Positions 9,068 to 18,177 of a stretch of DNA of 43,920 bases are shown here, piece after piece (the first letter of the stretch is position 1; each line of letters opens with the position of its first letter). Source of the DNA: an uncultured Bacteroidaceae bacterium (GTDB lineage Bacteria; Bacteroidota; Bacteroidia; Bacteroidales; P3); contig CAZTVH010000002.1 of the NCBI GenBank assembly GCA_964616965.1, positions 1 to 43,920 on the forward strand, written 5' to 3'. The translations under genes were made by a program, and so were the position numbers. The notes beneath the pieces were generated by a model, which worked only from the letters and a program-made list of their open reading frames with translations, was not told the origin of the DNA and ran no database searches.

Positions 9068-9820
9068 CTAATTCGATTGTTTTCTTCTTATCAAAAGATG
9101 TTTGACGCAATTCTTAATGGTCTGAGAACAAAATTCTTTAACATACTTAAATCCCAAAGGGTTCCACCGCTGAGGATGGGTAGTGATAAGCATGGCGTAG
9201 TGTGACTTCCGAAGAGGCGATTCAGGATTTTCCAGTTGGGCTATTACGTCGTCTGTGGTGTGGAACACAAGCCCCTGCGACTCCCACTGCTCTTGATACT
9301 GAGGTATCTTGTCGCGGACACTAACATGGTATCCATCCCACCGCCGCCCCGTGTCGGTAATATAGAGGGTTCGTGAGAAATCGGTATCAAAATAAGGTTC
9401 ATAGTCAATCCCCAGCGAATGGTAGTCGTAATGCTGCCAGAGGTCTTTGCTATCATAAGGGCTGCGTGGCGAGCCATGCATACAGATTTTGTTGATGGGG
9501 ACTATCTGCCGCAATTTCGCCAGATTATCACAAAAATCGCGATAGGCCTCTTCCATGTTTCCGCGACAGGTAGTTAGCGATTCATAATGATAACCTATCT
9601 CATGCCCTAGGGCAAAAATGGCCTTAACAATTGTCTCATTATAACTCTCTGGAACCATTCGAAAGTAATACACCGCCTTGAGACCTAAGCTATTTTCTAT
9701 CTCGGCTGTCCGCAACGAATTGTGTGGAAGCAGGTCGACATCATGTCTCAATTGAAACGAAACACCACTCTCCTTGAGAGCCTCCAACAACTGAGTATAT
9801 TTTCGAAGAGTAAAATCCAT
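9068..9820 (-). CDS. Hypothetical protein, possibly a CE4-superfamily (polysaccharide deacetylase-like) enzyme
   Basis: 250 aa. LRHDVD, HEIGYHYE and CMHGSP resemble the Asp/His metal-site motifs of divergent NodB-fold deacetylases. This is motif-level recognition only. Confidence 0.4.
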   Translation of the reverse strand: MDFTLRKYTQLLEALKESGVSFQLRHDVDLLPHNSLRTAEIENSLGLKAVYYFRMVPESYNETIVKAIFALGHEIGYHYESLTTCRGNMEEAYRDFCDNLAKLRQIVPINKICMHGSPRSPYDSKDLWQHYDYHSLGIDYEPYFDTDFSRTLYITDTGRRWDGYHVSVRDKIPQYQEQWESQGLVFHTTDDVIAQLENPESPLRKSHYAMLITTHPQRWNPLGFKYVKEFCSQTIKNCVKHLLIRRKQSN

Positions 9821-9868
9821 GAAACTAAACGCTGATTATTGTCACGAAAAGACTGATGACTCGACCAA

Positions 9869-11068
9869 TCAAAGTGACTTATTAATTCTGTCGACAATTT
9901 GTTGGGAAGCATTACCTTCACCATATGGGTTAGACACCTTACTGATTTCGTTGTAATAGTCCTCATTCTCAATAAGACGGCTCACTTCGCTTATTATGAG
10001 ATTATAATCTGTGCCAACAAGCTTCACCGTGCCCGCATCAAGGGCTTCGGGACGTTCGGTAGTGTCTCGCATTACCAGGACTGGCTTACCCAAGCCAGGT
10101 GCCTCCTCTTGTATTCCACCACTGTCTGTAAGCACCAAATAGCTCTTCTCCATCAAACAGACGAATGCAATGTACTGGAGCGGCTCGATAAAGAAAAAGT
10201 TGGGGTAAACCGAAAGGTCTTCTCCAAACACCTCATGGATAGGTCTGCGGACATTCGGGTTAAGATGCATCGGATAAACAAAATCCACATTGGGATACAT
10301 CCTCGACAAATCTTTCATGGCGGTTAACATGTTGATAAACCCTTCACCGAAATTCTCTCTTCGGTGACCCGTAATCAACACCAGCTTGCGGCCTGCCAAG
10401 CAGTCGTCTACAACACCCGTCTCACTCCCCATGCCACTTATTCGTCCTATGTCATAACCTGCTGCAGCAAGTATCCTTTTTTGCTCTTCGGCAAGAGCCT
10501 TATCCTTCTTTAGTTTATCCACAACCATAAGAAGGGCATCAATGACCGTATTACCCGTCACTACAATCCTCTTTTCATCCACATTCTCATCAATGAGATT
10601 TTGTCGGTTGAGAGTGGTCGGTGCAAAATGGTATGTGGCAATACGTCCCGTTATCTGGCGGTTCATCTCCTCCGGCCAAGGACTATAGATATTGCGTGTA
10701 CGAAGACCTGCTTCGACATGTCCGACAGGTATTTGTTGATAGAACGCTGCCAATGCGGCTGCGGTACTGGTAGTGGTATCGCCGTGCACCAACACCACAT
10801 CAGGCTGCGTCTGTTTCAACACATCGCGCATTCCGAGCAATACCCGCGTAGTTACATCATATAGGTCTTGCCCCGGCTTCATAATATTCAAATCGTAGTC
10901 GGGTTTCACTTCGAAAATCTTCAACACCTGATCAAGCATCTCTCGATGCTGCCCTGTCACACAGACTGTCGTTTCAAAGTCATTAGGATACTCTTTAAAC
11001 TTTCTCACTAACGGACACATCTTAATGGCTTCGGGTCTTGTGCCAAAGACTATCATAACCTTTTTCAT
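9869..11068 (-). CDS. wecB: UDP-N-acetylglucosamine 2-epimerase (non-hydrolysing)
   Basis: 399 aa. Motifs MIVFGTRPEAIKMCPLV, HVEAGLRT and LVLTDSGGIQEEAPGLGKPVLVMR. It carries an extra Gly/Ser-rich insertion, ISGMGSETGVVDD. Confidence 0.92.
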   Translation of the reverse strand: MKKVMIVFGTRPEAIKMCPLVRKFKEYPNDFETTVCVTGQHREMLDQVLKIFEVKPDYDLNIMKPGQDLYDVTTRVLLGMRDVLKQTQPDVVLVHGDTTTSTAAALAAFYQQIPVGHVEAGLRTRNIYSPWPEEMNRQITGRIATYHFAPTTLNRQNLIDENVDEKRIVVTGNTVIDALLMVVDKLKKDKALAEEQKRILAAAGYDIGRISGMGSETGVVDDCLAGRKLVLITGHRRENFGEGFINMLTAMKDLSRMYPNVDFVYPMHLNPNVRRPIHEVFGEDLSVYPNFFFIEPLQYIAFVCLMEKSYLVLTDSGGIQEEAPGLGKPVLVMRDTTERPEALDAGTVKLVGTDYNLIISEVSRLIENEDYYNEISKVSNPYGEGNASQQIVDRINKSL

Positions 11069-11078
11069 CGTCTACTAC

Positions 11079-12302
11079 TTAGATGTGGTACGTTCCTTCT
11101 ATTGGGCAGATATTATGACAATCCAAAATGACTTTCCCCTTCAGCTTATCCCAATTCTTCAAGATATGACTGTGCTTCACCATTATCACCACCATATCCA
11201 CTTCTTCCACAAACAGGTCGAAATCAAGAATTTGGTTGGGTGCCACAGCCTTATCGGTAAAGAACGGGTCGAAACTCTTCAACGGATTGGCAAGGTGGCG
11301 TTCCTGAACTCCAAGTAGCTGCAGGGTTGGGCTCTCACGTATATCATCCACATTCTCTTTGTATGTAATACCATAAAGGCCTACTCGGCTGCAATCCGTG
11401 ATACCTTGCTGGCGCATGATTTCGTATATCCGTTCCAACACAAAGACCGGCTGGGTATCGTTTGTTTTCATCGACTCATTTATCACGTTGGCAAGTTGTG
11501 GATAGTCGCCCACCAAGAACCAGGGGTCAACACTGATGCAATGCCCCCCCACACCAGGTCCGGGCTGAAGGATGTTCACACGGGGGTGCATATTGCAAAT
11601 ACGGATTATCTCATACACATCCATATTGTCATGCCGACAAATACGGGCCAACTCATTTGCAAAAGCGATGTTCACCGCACGGAAAGTATTCTCTACGACC
11701 TTGGTCATTTCAGCTGTGCGGATATCGGTGACAACTATCTCTCCCTGACAGAACGAAGCATAGCACTGACGGACACGCTCCCCCACCTCACGGCTGTCTG
11801 CGCCAATCGTCCTATTGTTGTGTATCAACTCGTACAGCATATTGCCAGGGATGATGCGTTCTGGAGCATGGACAAGGTGCAGGTCTTCCCCTATTTTAAA
11901 ACCTTTGGATTCAATCACAGGCCTTACAAACCTGTCTATCGTTCCCGGAGAGATGGTCGACTCTATCACCACTACACTCCCTTTCATACACACCTTCATC
12001 ACCTCACTCACCGCTGCCACCACATAGCTCGCATCCACCTTCTTCGAAAACTTATCATACGGGGTCGGAACAGACACTATATACATATCCGTCTTCTGGT
12101 ATTCTGTCGTAAACTTGATTCCCGCTTTGACAGCCGATGAATACAGTTCAACCAAGCCTTCTTCTTTGAAAGTGGTGTTACCCGCATTTAGCATCGCTAC
12201 CAACTCCTTGCTATAATCCGTACCCACCACTTCCAGCCCATGCGATGCCATCATGAGGGCCGTTGGGAGGCCGATATATCCTAATCCTATTACGTTAATC
12301 AT
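11079..12302 (-). CDS. wecC: UDP-N-acetyl-D-mannosamine dehydrogenase
   Basis: Start revised to ATG 12302 ([19 protein letters not shown] Rossmann motif). This forms an ATGA overlap with the upstream stop. Catalytic-Cys region is [16 protein letters not shown]. The ORF-track start at 12380 adds 26 implausible residues. Confidence 0.9.
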   Translation of the reverse strand: MINVIGLGYIGLPTALMMASHGLEVVGTDYSKELVAMLNAGNTTFKEEGLVELYSSAVKAGIKFTTEYQKTDMYIVSVPTPYDKFSKKVDASYVVAAVSEVMKVCMKGSVVVIESTISPGTIDRFVRPVIESKGFKIGEDLHLVHAPERIIPGNMLYELIHNNRTIGADSREVGERVRQCYASFCQGEIVVTDIRTAEMTKVVENTFRAVNIAFANELARICRHDNMDVYEIIRICNMHPRVNILQPGPGVGGHCISVDPWFLVGDYPQLANVINESMKTNDTQPVFVLERIYEIMRQQGITDCSRVGLYGITYKENVDDIRESPTLQLLGVQERHLANPLKSFDPFFTDKAVAPNQILDFDLFVEEVDMVVIMVKHSHILKNWDKLKGKVILDCHNICPIEGTYHI

Positions 12303-12832
12303 TGTCTGTATTTTATTATTCGAGCAGGATTTCCTGCAACTACTGCGTATGGTGGCACGTCGTGCGTGACAACACTGCACGCCCCTATTACGGCACCATC
12401 ACCGATTGTTTTAACATTGGATAGAATTGTTACACGTTCTGCAATCCACACATCGTTCCCTATTGTCAGACTCGTTTTTGGCCGTGAACCTTGTTGGCCA
12501 ATCGACTGCAACTTATCCATAAAGATATGTCCACCCCCGACGACATGCACATCCCTTGCTATCATGGTATTATTGCCTACAACTAAAGAAGAGTTCGTGA
12601 TTCTGAAGTTGTCGCCAAGTCCTGACTTGTTCCCTATCGAAATATCGTTTTTGCCAAAATACACTCGCCTCTCGATATTAATCCATTTCCCTGAGCTGAC
12701 AAACAAAACCTTACATATCCTACCCCGTATTCTACGACACAGCTCACCCATCACAGGGAACCGGCTGGTCGGTAGAAATTGGGCAAAGGTATAGTACAAT
12801 ATGAATGCTATCTTCTTCATATTATTGCTCAT
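12299..12832 (-). CDS. Left-handed beta-helix (hexapeptide-repeat) sugar acyl/acetyltransferase
   Basis: 177 aa. Hexapeptide repeats and C-terminal [31 protein letters not shown]. Confidence 0.8.
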   Translation of the reverse strand: MSNNMKKIAFILYYTFAQFLPTSRFPVMGELCRRIRGRICKVLFVSSGKWINIERRVYFGKNDISIGNKSGLGDNFRITNSSLVVGNNTMIARDVHVVGGGHIFMDKLQSIGQQGSRPKTSLTIGNDVWIAERVTILSNVKTIGDGAVIGACSVVTHDVPPYAVVAGNPARIIKYRQ

Positions 12833-13820
12833 TCAATATCTTGTCTACAATGTCGAAGACCTCTTTCTGAACATGGGCACTCCTCTCCACTGAGCCATTT
12901 CCACGTTTTGCAGCCTTTACATACTGGTATATCTCTTCGGGATTTCTCGATTTGAATTCAAGTCCCTTTTTCTGTAACTCAATATCAACCGAAAGAAATA
13001 TCTCACTCGGAAAGAAACTGACTGCCGGCACCCCCATCAAGGCTGCTTCCCTTGCAAATGTCCCCGCTCCTGTCAGCACTGCCGTTGCATTATAGCAAAC
13101 GTCCAAGCCCGGCAGCGGGCCTTCAGGATACCACACATTAGAAAAGCCTTCGGCATACTTCTTCTCCTCTTCATATCTCGGCAAAAATAGGATGTTGTAA
13201 TCCCCAAACCGTTTGAACAGCTCAGGCACTATCGTCTTACTATCTTTCGGGACGTACGATGCCTTTAGGTTCTCTGGCCGCACCACTATGTAGTCTTTGA
13301 AGGGAAGCCGCTCAACAAAACCCTTGTCAGGCGTGAAGTCAGCTATATATATATCCTCCTTGAACCCGTCAAAGGTAAGTATTTGCGATTCTTTCAGCCG
13401 ATATTTGCTTTGTATTTTTTTATAGTCGAAATAGGTTGGGAAGATAAAGTAATTTCCTAGCCTGAACGAGAAGTATTTAAACGAAATATCGTTATCGCTA
13501 AACACGATAGACTTTTTCCCTCTTAGGAAGGCGATAGTAGACGTATAGTTACCCCCTAGCGATAGGGCATAGTCGAATTTGGGTACTTTGAACAGCAGTA
13601 TTACCATCCTGCTAAACAGCCCCATTACTTTTTTTATCCTACTCTTTCCTTTATAAGAGCCATATACTGTGGCATTGATACCCCTTTGTTTCAACAGTGG
13701 GATAGTTTCGGAGAAGTCGCGAGCAGTGATTATCAACTTATGATTCTTCTCCAAATGTTTGATAATAGGCGCTAATACTATTACATGAGGAGTATTAGTG
13801 ATATCTATCCAAATTCTCAT
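12822..13820 (-). CDS. DUF354-like protein (GT-B / epimerase-like fold, function unknown)
   Basis: 332 aa. The N-terminus [35 protein letters not shown] matches my recollection of DUF354 N-termini. AT-richer than neighbouring genes. Confidence 0.5.
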   Translation of the reverse strand: MRIWIDITNTPHVIVLAPIIKHLEKNHKLIITARDFSETIPLLKQRGINATVYGSYKGKSRIKKVMGLFSRMVILLFKVPKFDYALSLGGNYTSTIAFLRGKKSIVFSDNDISFKYFSFRLGNYFIFPTYFDYKKIQSKYRLKESQILTFDGFKEDIYIADFTPDKGFVERLPFKDYIVVRPENLKASYVPKDSKTIVPELFKRFGDYNILFLPRYEEEKKYAEGFSNVWYPEGPLPGLDVCYNATAVLTGAGTFAREAALMGVPAVSFFPSEIFLSVDIELQKKGLEFKSRNPEEIYQYVKAAKRGNGSVERSAHVQKEVFDIVDKILNEQ

Positions 13821-13841
13821 AATGATAAGACTAGATATGTA

Positions 13842-14321
13842 TTAATTGAATGTCCTAATAACTTTGGCTGGCGACCCAACAGCCACACTATAGGGCGGTA
13901 TATCGTGCGTGACGACGCTACCAGCCCCTATTACGGCACCTTCGCCAATTGTCACACCTGGCATGAGGATGGCACCGATACCGATATGGGCACCGTCCTT
14001 GATGACCACGCGCCCTACCTTGAACGGACAGTCGATGACATACATGCCGGGTCTATAATACGAGAGGTCACGCTGGTGGCATAGTATCATCACTCCTTGC
14101 GTGACAAATACACCCTTGCCTATTTCTATCAACTCGGGGTTATGGTCGTCAAGATAGGCACCGCGGGAGATATGGGATCCCTTTCCCACTTTAACCCCCC
14201 GCAAACGGTGGCAGGCCACCGTGACAACGTACGGGAAGGTGAACATTGTAAGTATAGACAGTAGTCTAATCCACACTCCGCGAATAATCGACAGAGGCGT
14301 TCGTTGTTCAAATTTGGGCAT
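13842..14321 (-). CDS. Left-handed beta-helix acyl/acetyltransferase (second copy)
   Basis: 159 aa. IGIGAILMPGVTIGEGAVIGAGSVVTHDIPPYSVAVGSPAKVI. The N-terminal hydrophobic segment suggests membrane association. Confidence 0.75.
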   Translation of the reverse strand: MPKFEQRTPLSIIRGVWIRLLSILTMFTFPYVVTVACHRLRGVKVGKGSHISRGAYLDDHNPELIEIGKGVFVTQGVMILCHQRDLSYYRPGMYVIDCPFKVGRVVIKDGAHIGIGAILMPGVTIGEGAVIGAGSVVTHDIPPYSVAVGSPAKVIRTFN

Positions 14322-14377
14322 GCTTTTAGATTATTTAGATGTCTGCATTGTGATTAACAATAGGACGAATGCATCTC

Positions 14378-15778
14378 CTATTCACCATACTCATATTCCG
14401 ACACGCAGTAGTCTTCTTTCCCTGAAGGAAGGCAGGGTATCTCGTCGACAAACTCAAGGGAAATCTGCGAGCCCACAAAATGATTGCGATAGTTGGTGAC
14501 TATGTAGTCAAACTGCTCATGTGGCTCCGTTGGTTCTTTAAGCTTCAAGAGGATGGTTATGTCGCCCTGACAATCTTGTCGGATTTGGAATTTATCTATC
14601 TTGTTATACACCTTTTGATACTCCGCGTTGTGGTAATCCAACCCAGGATAAAACATCATGGGGAGCACGGTAGGCGAGATAGGCACCCCCTGCTTGTTAT
14701 ACATGAGCCTACCTGCCCTACCCATCACTTGGCCAACAAGCCTTGTCGGCCTACCGCACGAGCATTTGCCTTCTTTTATATACGCCATGTCGCCCACATG
14801 GTAGCGTAGGAAGGGGAATACATAGTTATTCAAATCGGTGGTGCAGACAAATCCTGTGGTGCCTGCAGGCAGGGGGACTCCTTGCTTGTCAGTGATTTCG
14901 ATTACGCACAAGTCCTCAGCTATATGCAGGCCCTCGCGCTTAGGGCATTCATGCGTGAGTATGCCTCCGTCGCTAGCTCCATACTCATCGTACACAGGTG
15001 CTTGAAACACCTCTTCCAGCTTGCGGCGGTATTCGGGCATCAGCACCTCCCCTGTAGTAAGCACCACCCTCACCGGCCTTACGGGCAGCCCTTGCTTCTC
15101 TATGTAACGTGCCAAGATATAGAGCGAGGAGCCATAGCCTCTCACGGCTTGGGGCTTCAGCCGCATAAATGCCTCGTAGTTGGCCTGCATAGCATGGTCT
15201 GAGACATCTGAGCTGCTGTACTTGAAGTTACGCATGATGACACGGTCGTAAAGGCCCTTGAGCGACAGCAACTGTTTGCGCTTGTTGATGGAGCTGCCTC
15301 CAAGCGAAAAAATCTTGTCGCCAAGGTGTAGGCCGTACCATTCCCATGCACAGAGGGTGGAGGCTTTCCAACTGCTCCATTCCTCTGAGTCGGTGCAGAA
15401 CTTGAGGGGTGTGCCAGTGCTACCTCCTGTGGACGACCTGCGGAGCCGATGGGGACTGACAGCGGTGCTGAACATGTCGTCATAGTTATCTCTGATTATC
15501 TGCTTGGTAAGGACAGGCAGCAACTGCAGGTCGTCACGCGACCGTATCTGCTCAGGCTTGATGCCGCAAGAATCGAACAGGCGTGTGTAGTATGGCACCG
15601 TCTCGTAGCAGTGCTTCACCAGCCGTTGGAGCTTGCGGTCCTGCAGGTCGCGCAATTCCGCCTCGGTGAGCCTGTCGTTACGACGCATCTCCTTGAGCTT
15701 GGCCACTACGCTACTCCCATATACCAAGTCGCCTATTGGCAGGAATAGATAACGGTCTAAATAGTTATAGAGTGTCAT
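14378..15778 (-). CDS. CapK / phenylacetate-CoA-ligase (PaaK, F390-synthetase)-like adenylate-forming enzyme
   Basis: 466 aa. N-terminal LQDRKLQRLVKHCYETVPYYTRLF and the AMP-binding loop SSTGGSTGTPLKF. Confidence 0.75.
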   Translation of the reverse strand: MTLYNYLDRYLFLPIGDLVYGSSVVAKLKEMRRNDRLTEAELRDLQDRKLQRLVKHCYETVPYYTRLFDSCGIKPEQIRSRDDLQLLPVLTKQIIRDNYDDMFSTAVSPHRLRRSSTGGSTGTPLKFCTDSEEWSSWKASTLCAWEWYGLHLGDKIFSLGGSSINKRKQLLSLKGLYDRVIMRNFKYSSSDVSDHAMQANYEAFMRLKPQAVRGYGSSLYILARYIEKQGLPVRPVRVVLTTGEVLMPEYRRKLEEVFQAPVYDEYGASDGGILTHECPKREGLHIAEDLCVIEITDKQGVPLPAGTTGFVCTTDLNNYVFPFLRYHVGDMAYIKEGKCSCGRPTRLVGQVMGRAGRLMYNKQGVPISPTVLPMMFYPGLDYHNAEYQKVYNKIDKFQIRQDCQGDITILLKLKEPTEPHEQFDYIVTNYRNHFVGSQISLEFVDEIPCLPSGKEDYCVSEYEYGE

Positions 15779-16694
15779 ATATTGCCATGATTTTTCTGGC
15801 CACCTCGGTGGTGGTCAAGCCTAACGAAATGATTCTTTCGCGTCCCGCAGTGCGGCCACCGAAGGCGAGAGCCGAACTTATGCCTTGGGCAAGAGCCTTC
15901 GCATCGCCGTATGGCACCACATAGGTACCCGGCAGACGGCCTGTAACCCACTGCACGTCGCCCACGTCAGTTGTCACAATGGGCAACCCGCACGCCATGG
16001 CCTCCTTTATCACATTGGGGGAACCCTCCATCACCGATGTGAGCAGCAGCACGTCGGCGGCACACATATATTCTACCACCTGGCTGTGGCTTCGGTCGAA
16101 CACGGGGATGAGTTCTACATTGGCATCGTCCAACAGGGCTACAGCCCGTTGCGCCAACGGGTAATTCTTCTCGCTACGCGAAGGGTTCGAGCACCAAATG
16201 ACGTATTTCTTCCCCTCCTCGAAACCACACCGCTCACGAGCGACACCGTGGTCTATCAATACAAACTGTTCAAGATTGACCCCATTGGGCACCACCGGCA
16301 GGCTCATTCCCAACTGGTCGGCTGTTCGCTGCGACTTCACGAGGGTGGCATCCCACACATGCTTGATAAAAAAACTGACCCAACGTTTCTTGAACGACGG
16401 TTGGGGAAAACTGCCCAATATGGACACCACCACTTTCGTCTTAGTGCAACATGTAGCCAACGACGCCACCAAGCCACACACCGAGTAGTGGGCATGGACC
16501 ACGTCGGGACGCTCCTTGCGGACCAACTTGCGAAGGCTGCCTATTGCTTTGGCATACGCCTTCCACCCACGGCCCTTGATGGGAAAAAGCACCATGTCTA
16601 GCCCCTCACGCCGTAGCGACTCGTACTGCGAGCCGACAAAGGCACTTACTGTACCCACCGCCTTGTTGCCACTGGCTACAAATACTACTTTCAT
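15765..16694 (-). CDS. GT-B glycosyltransferase, family 4-like
   Basis: I prefer ATG 16694 (MKVVFVASGN), 2 nt after the upstream stop. The ORF track starts at 16721. C-terminal EGSPNVIKEAMACGLPIVTTDVGD is typical of GT4. Confidence 0.8.
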   Translation of the reverse strand: MKVVFVASGNKAVGTVSAFVGSQYESLRREGLDMVLFPIKGRGWKAYAKAIGSLRKLVRKERPDVVHAHYSVCGLVASLATCCTKTKVVVSILGSFPQPSFKKRWVSFFIKHVWDATLVKSQRTADQLGMSLPVVPNGVNLEQFVLIDHGVARERCGFEEGKKYVIWCSNPSRSEKNYPLAQRAVALLDDANVELIPVFDRSHSQVVEYMCAADVLLLTSVMEGSPNVIKEAMACGLPIVTTDVGDVQWVTGRLPGTYVVPYGDAKALAQGISSALAFGGRTAGRERIISLGLTTTEVARKIMAIYDTL

Positions 16695-16696
16695 CT

Positions 16697-17710
16697 CTAT
16701 TTCAGATTGTTCCAATACCATTCGCAGGCCTGCTCGAACCCACTCAGCGCGTCGTATTTGGGGCGGTAGCCCAGCACCTGCTGCGCCTTAGCGATAGAAG
16801 CCTGAGAGTGAGGAATGTCGCCCGGTCGGTTTGTCCTATACACGGGCTCTATGTCGGCAATACCGGCATCGTACCGCGCCAGATTGCTACGCAGGCAGGC
16901 AAACAGCTGATTGAGCGTAGTGTTGCCTCCGTATGCCACATTGAACACCATGTCGATAGGGGCGTTTGCAGGCAAGGTCTTATTATATAGTTCTGCCTGC
17001 TGGAAAAGGGTTTCGGAAGGGACGCTGGCGGCAAGCTCGTTGGCCTGGATAACATTGTCGATATAGGTAAAGTCGCGCGAGTAGCTGCCGTCGCCGTTGA
17101 TAAAAGGCTGCTGATGGTTGATAAGTGCCTTCACCCAAAGAGGTATCACAGCCGCATAGGCCCCGTTAGGGTCCTGTCGACGACCAAAAACGTTGAAATA
17201 GCGCAACCCAACGGTCTCTATTCCGTAGAGATTGGAAAAGACATTGGCATACAGTTCGTTCACATACTTGGTGATAGCGTATGGCGAAAGCGGACGCCCG
17301 ATATTATGTTCGGTCTTGGGCAACAGCTTGCTATCCCCGTAAGTAGACGAACTGGCCGCATACACAAAACGGTGCACACCCGCATCGCGTGCCGCCACCA
17401 ACATGTTGAGGAACCCATCGATATTGTTGCTGTTCGTGTTAATCGGGTCATTGATGCTTCGTGGCACACTGCCCAAAGCTGCCTCATGCAGCACCACATA
17501 GGCACCCTCCACCACTCTGCGACAAGTGTCCAAATCACGGATATCACCCTCCACAAAATGGAAATTGGGCATAGACAGCAGGGGCTCTATGTTGCGGCGA
17601 AAGCCTGTCGACAAATTGTCCAAACAGGTCACTTCATACCCCTTCGACACAAAATGCTCGCACAAGTTAGAACCAATAAACCCGGCTCCGCCAGTAATCG
17701 TAATTTTCAT
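16697..17710 (-). CDS. SDR-family UDP-HexNAc / UDP-HexNAcA C4-epimerase (WbpP/TviC-like)
   Basis: 337 aa. Motifs TGGAGFIGSNLCEHF, FVEGDIRD, AASSSTYGD and YAITKYVNE (YxxxK). Confidence 0.8.
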   Translation of the reverse strand: MKITITGGAGFIGSNLCEHFVSKGYEVTCLDNLSTGFRRNIEPLLSMPNFHFVEGDIRDLDTCRRVVEGAYVVLHEAALGSVPRSINDPINTNSNNIDGFLNMLVAARDAGVHRFVYAASSSTYGDSKLLPKTEHNIGRPLSPYAITKYVNELYANVFSNLYGIETVGLRYFNVFGRRQDPNGAYAAVIPLWVKALINHQQPFINGDGSYSRDFTYIDNVIQANELAASVPSETLFQQAELYNKTLPANAPIDMVFNVAYGGNTTLNQLFACLRSNLARYDAGIADIEPVYRTNRPGDIPHSQASIAKAQQVLGYRPKYDALSGFEQACEWYWNNLK

Positions 17711-17907
17711 CCTTTCTTATCTATTATTCCTGTAATAACCTATTAAAAACCTATCATCCCTTCCACATCCATTGAACTGTGATTGGTGCATTATGAATTG
17801 TGAATTGACCAATAAAAACGGTACTCTTTAAACTAAAAAGTAAAAACTAAAAACTAAAACTTTTTCAATTTTTAATCTTCAATTTTCATTTTTCATTCCT
17901 CAAAGCT

Positions 17908-18028
17908 TCTTCCGTTCTCTGCTCCTTATCCGCTCGTACTCTGCTCCATATCCGCTCCAAGAAGCGGAAAACAACCTTAGAAGATGTGAGAATCATGAAG
18001 ATACAGTAGGAAGCCGCTTGAAACGGCA
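17908..18028 (+). repeat. Intergenic repeat family, copy 1 (orientation A)
   Basis: Contains TCCGTTCTC, CTCTGCTC, the hairpin tccgct-ccaaga-agcgga (17951-17968) and GTAGGAAGC. Ungapped, 49 of 65 positions are identical to the reverse complement of copy 2 (hand alignment). Confidence 0.7.
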
Positions 18029-18177
18029 TGAACCGATAAACGCTAGAAAAAATGAGTGTATGGGTTGGCTGAGAAGAAAGCCTATAGCCGAGGATAGGGG
18101 TCGGGAAGCTTTATAGTGGGCTGTACGTCAGCTTTTACTTGTCGAACTATAGAAATTAAGAGTGGGCAGCGGCAAGG

